A stretch of 64,000 bases of DNA from Spirochaetota bacterium (GTDB taxonomy: Bacteria > Spirochaetota > UBA4802 > UBA5550): assembly GCA_963664815.2 (NCBI GenBank), contig CAXXHB010000003.1, positions 2,368,001-2,432,000 on the forward strand, read 5' to 3'. The notes under the pieces are model-generated. The model searched no databases. It saw only the letters and a list, made by a program, of their open reading frames with translations, and was not told the origin of the DNA. Each line of letters opens with the position of its first letter. Position 1 is the first letter of the stretch. The translations under genes and the position numbers were made by a program. Below, piece by piece: positions 28,147-37,904 of this stretch.

Positions 28147-29298
28147 TTATTTATATACGAATAAAGCGGCAGCGTCTGCATTGGAGATGTTTTTATCGGT
28201 TATATCCGTAAGGTCTGTCCTTGTTGTCCCCTTCCAGTAGCATGCAACGTCTACCAGGCCAGAATCATACGTCCCGGAATAATTACCTGCCGCGTAGACT
28301 GTGCCGCTGCCTGCATAAATGGAATTAACCTCACCCTCAGCAGAGCCCAGTTCTGTTATTGTGGTGCCTGTCCAGTAACATGGATAAAAACCATTGCGGC
28401 GGCCGGCAGTATATACTGTGCCGTCACTGTCCACGGCTATAGAATACACATACGAATTTGTAACCGCCGCATGATCATACCGTGTTGTACTTTCGTCGGT
28501 AATTACCCAATACACACCGGTAAAAGTTACCGTTTCTTCATCATAGAGCTTACCGCAAACATATATGGTTCCGTCTTTTACAAGGATGCCGTTAGCCTGC
28601 TGACCGGAAAGCAAATATGACGGTGTTATGCCTCCGGTTGTTGCCTTTCCCTCAGACACCTTCCAACAGCATGCCACCTCTTTCGTTCCGCTGGAATAAT
28701 TTCCCGCGACATAAACCGCATCGTCATTGACAAAGATCGAGTTTGCATTACCAAAACTGTAGTCCAGAACGAATGCCAGGTCTTTTCTTGTCACGGTACC
28801 GCTGCTGTTTATTGTCCAGTAGCAGGCCGTTGTTTTCACCGTAGTGCCGCAATTCCCTGCGATATACGCCATGCCGTCGTGAACATAAACAGAGGGGGCA
28901 TCCAGGCCGCCGCTCAGGTCGTACCTTGTAACCGTGCCGTCACCTGAAATTATCCAGCAGCACGCGATATACGATTCTGATGAGCTGTTCCAGGTCGTTC
29001 CTGAAACATATATTGTGTTGTTATACACGCAAACAGATTCAGGATAGGAATCATTTGTAAGTACTGTTTCAGTTTTTCCGCTCTCTGTTATTTTCCATAC
29101 ACAGCTTATATATTGAGATTCTCCCTCTTTTGAGTTGTCGACATAATTTCCGGCAACATAAACAGCAGTAACTCCGTTAGTACTGTTACCTCCGCCGTTA
29201 CCAGCCCCATCTCCGCTGCCGCCTCCGCCGCTGCAGGATGTAAAGGCCATCAAGATTGCGTACAGTACTACCAGTATTTTTTTAAAAGACAGTTTCAT
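28147..29298 (-). CDS. lipoprotein with repeated VYVAG...AC(Y/C)W(K) motifs, probable beta-propeller
   Basis: FTS-C lipobox, Gly-rich linker, about seven repeats of S(I/V).V....(V/I)Y.AG...AC.W. Confidence 0.8.
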   Translation of the reverse strand: MKLSFKKILVVLYAILMAFTSCSGGGGSGDGAGNGGGNSTNGVTAVYVAGNYVDNSKEGESQYISCVWKITESGKTETVLTNDSYPESVCVYNNTIYVSGTTWNSSSESYIACCWIISGDGTVTRYDLSGGLDAPSVYVHDGMAYIAGNCGTTVKTTACYWTINSSGTVTRKDLAFVLDYSFGNANSIFVNDDAVYVAGNYSSGTKEVACCWKVSEGKATTGGITPSYLLSGQQANGILVKDGTIYVCGKLYDEETVTFTGVYWVITDESTTRYDHAAVTNSYVYSIAVDSDGTVYTAGRRNGFYPCYWTGTTITELGSAEGEVNSIYAGSGTVYAAGNYSGTYDSGLVDVACYWKGTTRTDLTDITDKNISNADAAALFVYK

Positions 29299-29320
29299 AT
29301 AAATTAATCTCCTTTTCTTC

Positions 29321-29370
29321 TATCAATTACTTTCAATTACTTCCAGCTACTTTCAGCTACTTTCAATTCA
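29321..29370. repeat. five tandem copies of a degenerate 10-bp unit
   Basis: tatcaattac tttcaattac ttccagctac tttcagctac tttcaattca. Confidence 0.85.
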
Positions 29371-29901
29371 ACACCGCCTTCCCTTACAGCTTCAGTTCTC
29401 TATTTACCCGTATTACATCACAGACGCATAACCGGCGTTTCCTTCGACACTATACACTACAAAGTATGTATTATTTGAATTGAGCATTCGGGAGGTATAT
29501 ATCATCTCACCGCTTCCGGCGGGATAGCCACCTTCGGTTTTGCAGCGGATGATGACGACTGTCTGCATCGCATTATCGAACCCCCCTTCAGGAGTAAACT
29601 CCATGCCGCATTCATGAATGTGCTGTTTGAATCATCGATATGATATTTTCAGAGGTTTGTCTGGCAAAATGCTGATAAGATCAGAAAATTGCCGGTCAGG
29701 AACGGTTTGCGTCAGAGCTGTCGCAGAAACGCGCCGGTTTTTTGCCGACAGTGTTCATAAAGGTGTTATTAAAGGTGTGCAGACTGCATATAAACAGATT
29801 TTTGTCCTGATAAATCTGCATAAACAATCAGTTCCGCCAGTTAGTGATAAAACCGGTTTTGCATAACATATGTTCATTAAATAAAAAAATCCGCGATTAA
29901 A

Positions 29902-30996
29902 TCATCTTTCACTGCTGACAAGTGCAATGGCTATATAATTGGGATTATTACCAACAGTAATGCTCCTGTTAAAAGTTATTACCCCTGTCGAACTATCTAC
30001 ATTCAGTATTGAAACTGAATTTGTCGATGGATGGGTCACGTACATCCAGTTACCGTCAGGGTAAAAAGCCGCCATAAAGGGTGTTGTGTTTAATGTATAG
30101 GTACCGATGTCTGTCAACGTACCTGTTGACTGGTTGATGCTGTAACCGTAGATTGTTGTACCGACTATTGTATAGATGAATTTACCGTCAGGACGCATAT
30201 ATATGCCAAAATTAGTTCCGCTTGTTGTTGTATAATATGCTTTATTGGCTTCATCAAGGTCGGCTCCGCCGCTGATTACCGGAACAAGCCACATGTTGTT
30301 GTCACTTACATTTACTCCGTACAAAAATTTTCCCGATGGATGTATAACACACCTGTGCGGAGGTGAATATGAACCGCTCCATGAAGTATTAACGCCGGCT
30401 GTTACAGTACCGGTATCGGAGATTGCATATACTAAATAAGTACTTGAAGCAAAGCAGAAAACATAAAAATATTTGCCATTTGGATGGATTATTGATGAGT
30501 TCGGCCAGTTATTGGTTCCTGTTGATGATATCTGTGTCAGTTCACCGGTACTCTGATTGATAGAATCAAAATAAACAGCTGTGTTATCTCCGTTCACACA
30601 GGTATGCCATTTTCCGTTAGGATGAAAAAAATGCATCCATTCGCTGTATATTCCAAAATAGTAAGTTCCTCTTGCAGGATTTGCAAATACATTATAACTG
30701 CTCAGGGCACCATCATTTTCAGCCGTATACACAGCATAGGTATAACCTGAACCGGTTGTCAGCTGCAAATATACAAATTTTTTGTTCGGATGAATCTGCA
30801 TATACATCTGGCCTGCTGTCCCACCGGGAAGGGTTACAGCTCCCTTATTAAAAATATTACCGTTGAAATCAATGTTCAAACATGAAATTGTTAAATCATT
30901 GTCATTAACCACATACATGTTTACGTGCTCATCGTAATTAGTCCTGTTGCATGAAAAATTAAATATTATGACTGCAGCAAGAATAAACATTTTCAT
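29902..30996 (-). CDS. lactonase-like 7-bladed beta-propeller lipoprotein
   Basis: NFS-C lipobox; repeated HP.GK(F/Y).Y and I.QSTG.LT motifs. Confidence 0.8.
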   Translation of the reverse strand: MKMFILAAVIIFNFSCNRTNYDEHVNMYVVNDNDLTISCLNIDFNGNIFNKGAVTLPGGTAGQMYMQIHPNKKFVYLQLTTGSGYTYAVYTAENDGALSSYNVFANPARGTYYFGIYSEWMHFFHPNGKWHTCVNGDNTAVYFDSINQSTGELTQISSTGTNNWPNSSIIHPNGKYFYVFCFASSTYLVYAISDTGTVTAGVNTSWSGSYSPPHRCVIHPSGKFLYGVNVSDNNMWLVPVISGGADLDEANKAYYTTTSGTNFGIYMRPDGKFIYTIVGTTIYGYSINQSTGTLTDIGTYTLNTTPFMAAFYPDGNWMYVTHPSTNSVSILNVDSSTGVITFNRSITVGNNPNYIAIALVSSER

Positions 30997-31251
30997 AACC
31001 AATCTCCCGGTATAATAATAACAATAATTATCTGTTCAGACCATTACAGAATCTATCAGTAAAGAATTTTATTTAAACATATATTCTTCACTTTTTACTA
31101 CTATTGGTTATAAAAAATTCTGTATTGTAAAAACCCGACAAAAGCTGAAAAATCAGGGGATATTCATGAAATAAAAACAAACTGCGAAGATTATAGCTGT
31201 CAGCGGCTGAAAAAGCAAACTAATTTGAATTTTTACTTAAGTATACAGGTA

Positions 31252-32196
31252 CTAAAAAGTGGTCTGCTTTTCAAGTTCTATACAGTCCCTGAAAAAATTC
31301 TCCTGGTGTGATGCCACCTTCTCCCTGAAAATAAAAAAATTGGCGCTCTTGACAATCTTTTTATTAAGCTGGTCGCGGAAATAACCGGGAGTAAATGTTG
31401 TTGCCGCTTTAAATTCTTTTATGAAATGCGAATCGTCAAAATAAACGAACGACTCCGGGTGTTCCTGCCATTTGAATTTCCTTTGAGAAATCATTATGGC
31501 AAGAACATGCTTAAAACGCGAAACCCTGATAAATTCCCCGGGGGAAAGTCCTATGCATCCTGTAAAAGTACGCTCCAGCATCCTTTCTGTTATACCCAGG
31601 TAATCCCTTATTTCGCGGACGGTAATTCTGCCGGGATTGCTCTGGATCAGTTTTACCGCCGAATCCGCCCTGCCGGCAACCCGTAGCGGGCTGGACGTCT
31701 TTTTATACCTGAGAAGAAAACTTTCGATTATACTCTTCCTTGTTTCGAAGGAGTCGGAATTATTCAGGTCGTTCTCCAGTGTCCCTGCTTCGTTGCCAAG
31801 CACATCATAGACCGCGAAAGACGAATTCTTCAATTCAGCCTGCGGCATTCCGAACAGCTTCTGAAACGCACCCGTTCTGAACCTGACATGAAAGGTCTTG
31901 TTTGTCTTTGTTATGTTATCCGCACGGCAGATAGTCTGAAGAGTATGCTGGCCGACTATTTTACCGTACGACTGGCTGGAATAATTTTCGTTCCTGAGCC
32001 GCACTGATGTATCATGATAATTAAAAATCATCTCTACACAGGTAAGTGGCAGGAATATGGTGTAGAGATCGGGGAACGATCCGGGCAGTTCAACAATGGA
32101 CGACTCGCATTGATAGTAGAATTCGACCTCATCTTTCAACTCTGCGCAGGGCTGTTCAGAATAATAAGAAATGGAATTGCCCGAGTATTTGTTCAT
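31252..32196 (-). CDS. AraC-family transcriptional regulator (start uncertain)
   Basis: P..ELK..VEFY; VRF..GAF..LFG.P; ITERMLERTF...IGLSP.EF.R..RF; YFDDSHFIKEFK..T..TP. Confidence 0.85.
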   Translation of the reverse strand: MNKYSGNSISYYSEQPCAELKDEVEFYYQCESSIVELPGSFPDLYTIFLPLTCVEMIFNYHDTSVRLRNENYSSQSYGKIVGQHTLQTICRADNITKTNKTFHVRFRTGAFQKLFGMPQAELKNSSFAVYDVLGNEAGTLENDLNNSDSFETRKSIIESFLLRYKKTSSPLRVAGRADSAVKLIQSNPGRITVREIRDYLGITERMLERTFTGCIGLSPGEFIRVSRFKHVLAIMISQRKFKWQEHPESFVYFDDSHFIKEFKAATTFTPGYFRDQLNKKIVKSANFFIFREKVASHQENFFRDCIELEKQTTF

Positions 32197-32341
32197 ACTG
32201 ATCCTTTCAGCTGAAAAAGTGAACTTATTGGTAAGAGAAATCAATCACAAAATCGGAGGGGCATGCAAAAAATATGAAGTTTCTACCAGGAACAACCTTG
32301 CCCTTATCGTAGTGCCGGAAACCCATTTTAATTTTTGACTT

Positions 32342-32935
32342 TTAACTCTGTTTCTTCCTGCTGTTTTCCCGCATATAATCTTTTATCTCTTTTACAAACT
32401 GCTGCTCTTTGGCGTAAAAATTTGTTATCTGGTCATGATCATAATTGCTGAATATTTCCATCGCAATCTCTTTAACGGAATCAAAAGGGCTGTAAAACGC
32501 GGCCTTTACTGCAATTTTCTGATACATGGGCAGTATGAGGTCTATCTCCTGGGCTGCCATCATCACAGCTATCTGGTACTCCTCTGTTTTATCGGTAAAA
32601 TCCTTCAGTTTCCTGTCTGCTATAAAGTCCTGATTGAAGTATTCTATTACTGTGCAGATATTCCTGGCAGCATCATTATGCAGTATTTTTCTCTGATCAT
32701 GAAAAAAATTCAGATCCCTCTCCAGCACTTTCGGGTCATTTTCTTTTCCGAAATATCTGTACATATCCGATATACTGCTTATAAATGACAGGTAATCGCC
32801 ATTTTCCGGATTATGATAAAAATCATTTGTGTTATTCTCTTTTTCCGCGCGTTTAGGCATGTTTATCCTGTTTTTCAGGACTTCAAATGTGTGTTTGATT
32901 TTTTCCAGGGAAAAATTATCAGCAGTTTTATTCAT
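32342..32935 (-). CDS. hypothetical protein (197 aa)
   Basis: GGGAG RBS; helical, no recognisable motif. Confidence 0.6.
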   Translation of the reverse strand: MNKTADNFSLEKIKHTFEVLKNRINMPKRAEKENNTNDFYHNPENGDYLSFISSISDMYRYFGKENDPKVLERDLNFFHDQRKILHNDAARNICTVIEYFNQDFIADRKLKDFTDKTEEYQIAVMMAAQEIDLILPMYQKIAVKAAFYSPFDSVKEIAMEIFSNYDHDQITNFYAKEQQFVKEIKDYMRENSRKKQS

Positions 32936-33191
32936 ATAGTACTCCCGATATATTTATAGATAATTTCTTTTGATGTATTTAAGTCTTTTCAGTAAAACGC
33001 CGGAGAGCATTGAAAGCAAACCAGCCTGCCGGGGAACAGTACCTGTGATATTTATTTTCTGATATTGTTTGTATCATAAAATAAAGTTTATGTATACTCC
33101 CCTGAATGTTATTTAAAACGCCGGTTATCACCAAAGTCAAGATATTTTATTGTTGATAGATGAAATTTCGGGGGCAAATCAAAACTTTTAA

Positions 33192-33449
33192 TTATTTATA
33201 ATGAAACCTGCATGATATGATTCTCAGCTCATCTGAGACAACTTCATAAACAAGCCGGTGCTCCTGATCAATCCTTCTGGACCAGCAACCCTGCAATTGA
33301 AATTTTAGTGGTTCAGGTTTACCTATTCCCATGTGAGGATCTCTTACAATCTCTTTTATCAGGATATTGATTCTATCTTTGATCTTTTTATCAGTCTTCT
33401 GCCAGTATAAATAATCCGCCCACGATTCTTCGGTAAAAAGAATATTCAT
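33192..33449 (-). CDS. yoeB: Txe/YoeB family toxin
   Basis: W.DYLYWQ..DKK...RIN.LIKEI.R.P..GIGKPEPLK....G.WSRRI..EHRLVY....CRFHY. Confidence 0.95.
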   Translation of the reverse strand: MNILFTEESWADYLYWQKTDKKIKDRINILIKEIVRDPHMGIGKPEPLKFQLQGCWSRRIDQEHRLVYEVVSDELRIISCRFHYK

Positions 33450-33700
33450 TCTTCGATGAGCCCTTTTTTAAGGACTTTGCCGCTTCGTGATTTTTTAAGG
33501 GATTTGAGAAGAATTTCTGAATTAGCTGCATTTGATAAAAGATAATTTGTTTCAACCAGAGAATTATATTCCTCAATTGATATAAGAACTACATTCTGAT
33601 TATTTTTCCGGGTGATGATTAATGGTTCATGATCATCATAAACCTGATCGAAGTAGTCTTTTAAATTTTTTCTCAATTCAGAATAATTTACCGCATTCAT
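33446..33700 (-). CDS. yefM: YefM/Phd family antitoxin
   Basis: NYSELRKNLK..FD.V.DDHEP.IITR....VVL.S.EEYNSL.ET.YLL. Confidence 0.95.
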   Translation of the reverse strand: MNAVNYSELRKNLKDYFDQVYDDHEPLIITRKNNQNVVLISIEEYNSLVETNYLLSNAANSEILLKSLKKSRSGKVLKKGLIEE

Positions 33701-33707
33701 CTGTTTC

Positions 33708-33749
33708 GCCTCACATGTACAATATATTGTACATGTGAGGCAGTGTCAA
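33708..33749 (-). promoter_or_regulatory. yefM-yoeB promoter and operator
   Basis: TTGACA (33749-33744), 17-nt spacer, TATATT; perfect 34-bp palindrome 33708-33741 with two TGTACA cores 12 bp apart. Confidence 0.85.
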
Positions 33750-33917
33750 GAATTAATAACTTCTTAATATTAAGCTTCATGGAAATACCGGGCAAACAGC
33801 ATATTCAAACTTTTTTGCCTGGAAAGATGGGAAAACAAAAAAAGTATGGTCACCCTCTGTCATGTCAGAAACTGTCCATATGAAATTCCTTGAGATGTAA
33901 TGTTAAGCAGGAAAGAA

Positions 33918-35738
33918 TCAAATATCTATACCGATCATCCGCATCAGGTATATCGCATCTGACCCATTATATGAACCATTGTGAATATTATAATCAAAAA
34001 ATATACGGTTGTCACGGTAGTCTTCCCTGAAATGATAATTGCTTATTTTTAACTGCTCATCACCGGAAATCCCGGCCACCTCAAGGTCGTGTGTTGAAAC
34101 AATACCCAGCAGAGGGTATCTGCTCAGATTTTTTATTACTGACTCAACTCCGATTCTTCTGTCCCGGTTATTAGTTCCTTTTAAGATCTCATCGAGAAGG
34201 ACAATTAACGGCCTGTTCATCCTTGCCGATTCGATAATCATTTTTATCTTAACCAGCTCAGCGTAGAATGTTGACACCTTTTTTTCAAGGTTGTCAGTGA
34301 TTCTCATAGATGAACAGATATCCATCACAGAGCAGCACATCTTTTGTGCACATACCGGTGCACCGGAATATGCAAGCACCAGATTAAGCCCCACAGTACG
34401 GAGCATGGTACTTTTACCGGACATATTAGATCCGGTAATAACCGCGAAAGAACCTGCATTTTCTATTGTAAAATCATTGCAGACCCGAATGTCATCATGA
34501 ATAAGGGGGTGACCTGCCTGCTCTGCTGAAAAAACAAGCCTGTTTTCCGTGAAAGACGGGAAAACCCAATCCGGATTATCATACATCAATACTGCCAAAG
34601 ATGACAACGCCTCAATTTCAGCAACAGACTTAAACCATGAGCGTAGATAAGTTCCAGATTTTATCTTCCACTTATCAATTGAGATCAAACAATGAAGATC
34701 CCATAATGTTAAGGCATTAGTGACAAAATGCAGAAAACTGAACCTCATGTTCATGTAATCAATTATGCTGTCCAGTTCACTGATGAGCCTTGAAGCAGGT
34801 TTACCGTTTTTTCCGGTTAACTGTAACTGAAGATTTTCAAGATATTCCGATGAAAATGACTCACGCTCAATATGTTTAATTAAAGCGAGATATTGTTTAA
34901 TTGATTCCCTGTGTCTGCTGGTAATCCGGAAAACCATATCGATATCTCTTCTCCATACGAGTAGTAATACCAGCTGAATGATTAATGACGGTAGTATTAT
35001 AGTACAAGAGACTCCGGGGAACATAAAGGAAATAACTATCAAAAGCAGAGTAATAACGGGGAGTGTTCTGATCAGTAATTTCTGAAAAAACAGTTTTAAA
35101 ACAACTCCATCCTGCTCTGCCCAATTTACAATTTCCGAAGGGTCTTTCAGCAGATTACCGTCATCAAGGCATATCGCCTGCAGTTTCTGACGAAAGTCCA
35201 GCTTTTTTGACAGTTCATCTACAGAAGTCTGCCGTTTAATTATTGATTGAATGTCTTTATCCGGTGAAAGAAGAAAGTCTTTAAGTCTTTGTAAACCGAT
35301 AAGAGTATTTGGCGTATTGATCAGCTGATATAGTGAACCCTGTCCGAATATATCAAGATCCCCGGAAAATGGATGGTTCTCATCTTTAAACAGATCACCT
35401 GTTTTTGAGAAAGAATGCCAGCTGCCATTAATCCTTAATATTGAATCACTGTTGATTTTTATAAGGTTCCGGCAGAATATTTCTTTTTGTCTGACATCTT
35501 CATGCCTGAAAACAAAGAATACAAAAACTGCCATTGTAAAGATGGCTGTAATAAAACCTGGTAAAAGATAATTATGCTCCAGCAATAAAACTACAGATAA
35601 AGTGCCGATAACCGAAATCAGAAGCCGCAGTCTGCTGATTGTATCTGTTTTTCTACCCAGCATAGCAGCTTCGGACTTATACCTGCTTATGTTTTTTTCA
35701 TACTCAAATAATGGCGCGGACAAATCCGGTTTTTTCAT
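33918..35738 (-). CDS. membrane-associated MutS-related ATPase (MutS domain V)
   Basis: TM segments; DLDIFG.GSL.Q; GHPLI; ITGSNMSGKST.LR; STFYAEL; LLDEILKGTN; STHDLE. Confidence 0.9.
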   Translation of the reverse strand: MKKPDLSAPLFEYEKNISRYKSEAAMLGRKTDTISRLRLLISVIGTLSVVLLLEHNYLLPGFITAIFTMAVFVFFVFRHEDVRQKEIFCRNLIKINSDSILRINGSWHSFSKTGDLFKDENHPFSGDLDIFGQGSLYQLINTPNTLIGLQRLKDFLLSPDKDIQSIIKRQTSVDELSKKLDFRQKLQAICLDDGNLLKDPSEIVNWAEQDGVVLKLFFQKLLIRTLPVITLLLIVISFMFPGVSCTIILPSLIIQLVLLLVWRRDIDMVFRITSRHRESIKQYLALIKHIERESFSSEYLENLQLQLTGKNGKPASRLISELDSIIDYMNMRFSFLHFVTNALTLWDLHCLISIDKWKIKSGTYLRSWFKSVAEIEALSSLAVLMYDNPDWVFPSFTENRLVFSAEQAGHPLIHDDIRVCNDFTIENAGSFAVITGSNMSGKSTMLRTVGLNLVLAYSGAPVCAQKMCCSVMDICSSMRITDNLEKKVSTFYAELVKIKMIIESARMNRPLIVLLDEILKGTNNRDRRIGVESVIKNLSRYPLLGIVSTHDLEVAGISGDEQLKISNYHFREDYRDNRIFFDYNIHNGSYNGSDAIYLMRMIGIDI

Positions 35739-36048
35739 AAATTATACCTGAATTATACTGGAACAATATTTTATCCGTAAAGAATATAACACAAGAATAA
35801 TCCATTGCTAAACTTCAGAATTTCAGTCTGTGGAATGTAAATTCATTGCATACATTACAATTACTCCAGAAATATCTGCATCTGTCACCACCAGCCTGTA
35901 ATTCATAAATGTTGATAATATTATCACAGATACAAGCTCAGTGACAGAGAATCCCTTATAAAACCGGAAATAATCAAATGTAGAATAGCCATCCGGCACA
36001 CGTAGTACATTTTTTCAAATCTGTACCGTGTGCCACAATATCTGCTCA

Positions 36049-36465
36049 TCAATAAAGTACCTCAAGGTCATCAGCACTCAGCGGAATTGCATTGTATTTT
36101 ATCCTTAATAATGATTTCTTTTCCTTATAGTACCATGAGGCATCAATGTTGTTTATCCCGGCAACAGAGAGAAGCCACTCCTCCTCATGCCGGTGTATCT
36201 CCTTATCCGAGGTGGCAAGTACAAGGCCGTCTTTAAGGAATTTTTCAGCCAGTTCCTTCGAAGAAAAAACCGGCGGTGATTCTGAAATAAATCTGTTTCC
36301 GAGTATTTCCTCAATGGCATTTTCAGTAAATTTTTCGTCAAACCCCAAAGCTTTGCCTATTCTCATCATCAGGAGATGCTCAGATTCTGAGATTTTATTG
36401 TCTTTTCTTGTCAGAAGCAGCAGGCCTTTAAAATAATTGCTGCCGTCAATAACGGGAATGTTCAT
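36049..36465 (-). CDS. TerB-like protein
   Basis: LL.L...D..I.E.E..L...IG..LGF; L.LA.SD.EIH..EEEWL..VA. Confidence 0.65.
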   Translation of the reverse strand: MNIPVIDGSNYFKGLLLLTRKDNKISESEHLLMMRIGKALGFDEKFTENAIEEILGNRFISESPPVFSSKELAEKFLKDGLVLATSDKEIHRHEEEWLLSVAGINNIDASWYYKEKKSLLRIKYNAIPLSADDLEVLY

Positions 36466-36756
36466 ACAGGTTTCCTCTTCATTTTCTGAAGAACTGTTTT
36501 AATCTTCAGGAGTTATATTCACCCTATATTTTTTCTATATCATAAGTTTCAAATCATATACAACTGATTCTTTGTCAAAATCAGAATTTTTATGTTACAG
36601 CATAAATTGCAGAAATAAAGAAAAAATATTTTCTGAAGGTTTAGTTATCCGGAGGAGCTTTTTTTAAGAAGAATTGCCAGTGTAATAATACCTGTAATTA
36701 TATATATTTGAAACTGAAAATCACATGGCAATTCCGTAAACTTATTTTATAGCCGA

Positions 36757-37542
36757 TTACAGATTGACCCTGTTTATCTCGTCATGAAAATCAAAAAGTA
36801 TACTGAAATTTATTTCGTCAGGTTTCTGTCCGTCCCGGTCATATTCGAATGGGTCATCAAGATCATCTATCAGGAAAACCACAGTTGAAAGAAGAAAGGA
36901 AAAAAATCCGACAACAATCATTCCTCCCCACCATGGTTCGGAGTGAAGGAGTATATACATGACAATAAATATTATAACTATCAGTTTAATCATTGCAAAA
37001 ACTGATGGAGCAAAATTTGTTTCTTTTATTACCGTGATTCTGTTTATAAATTTTTTAAGATTTGACTGTTCATTGCGAACCCGGATCAAACCTGCCGGGA
37101 TAATTTCCTTTTCCATTTTAAGAAAATCTTCCGTAAAGGAATTTATGTATTCGAGAATGGTTTTATCTTTTTTGAAAAAGTAACTCTCACGGAAAAGAGG
37201 TACGAAATTCTTCAGTTTTATCATCAGATCTTTCGCAGATCCGGACTTTGTACTTCTCCATACAAATTCAGCTTCCTGCCAGATGATATAAAGAGACGCA
37301 ACTATATCGTTGGGAATCTTTTCACTCTCCTTGTAATCAGTTACTACACCTGCCAACAGAAAGCCTAGAAGAAATATTATACCGGTGAGAACACTGGGGA
37401 ACAGAGATATCATCTCTTTTGGCAAGGGCTCAAATCCTGTATGGTAACAGATATATTTTAATACTGCCGCAGTCAGCGCAATGGGGATTACTTTAGACAG
37501 AAGCGCATATTTGCTTCTCTTGATTCTTTTAAAAAACTTCAT
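36757..37542 (-). CDS. integral membrane protein, bestrophin/DUF4239-like
   Basis: Two TM pairs; FLLGFLL..V..DY.E; C-terminal LIDDLDDPF. Confidence 0.6.
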   Translation of the reverse strand: MKFFKRIKRSKYALLSKVIPIALTAAVLKYICYHTGFEPLPKEMISLFPSVLTGIIFLLGFLLAGVVTDYKESEKIPNDIVASLYIIWQEAEFVWRSTKSGSAKDLMIKLKNFVPLFRESYFFKKDKTILEYINSFTEDFLKMEKEIIPAGLIRVRNEQSNLKKFINRITVIKETNFAPSVFAMIKLIVIIFIVMYILLHSEPWWGGMIVVGFFSFLLSTVVFLIDDLDDPFEYDRDGQKPDEINFSILFDFHDEINRVNL

Positions 37543-37630
37543 CCTTATCTCCTGAATTATTTTTAGAAAACTAATTCCGGTCTATCTCTGCTATTGTCAA
37601 GTAAATAAGAATGAAAATATTATATTCTGA

Positions 37631-37837
37631 TTATTCTCCGCCTCCGCAAATTTCAACACATGCGGTGTAAATTTCTGCACATTCTTCAATGGATTTGTCA
37701 CTGGCGTAGCAGGCTCTGAGTTCTTCTTTGCATTTTTTTATGCAATTATAATCATTAGCCCAAAGTACTGAAAAGAAAATATTAACCATAGTTAAAAGTA
37801 TTAATAATAATTTCATCATATCCAAACTTTTTATCAT
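37631..37837 (-). CDS. small secreted acidic six-Cys helical protein
   Basis: Signal peptide (LWA-N); C-x3-C-x6-C-x9-C-x6-C-x3-C. Confidence 0.65.
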   Translation of the reverse strand: MIKSLDMMKLLLILLTMVNIFFSVLWANDYNCIKKCKEELRACYASDKSIEECAEIYTACVEICGGGE

Positions 37838-37904
37838 ATGAGTTTTATGTTAATCAGCAATATATCATTAAATATTGCAGGTAAAAGTCTGAAAATGATA
37901 TTCA

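Noticed and set aside
29321-29370. CRISPR array
   Set aside because: Units are 10 bp, contiguous, without spacers, and there are no cas genes.
29413-29604. 63-aa ORF upstream of the ACYW-repeat lipoprotein
   Set aside because: No clear RBS or motif. It may be a gene fragment but cannot be supported.
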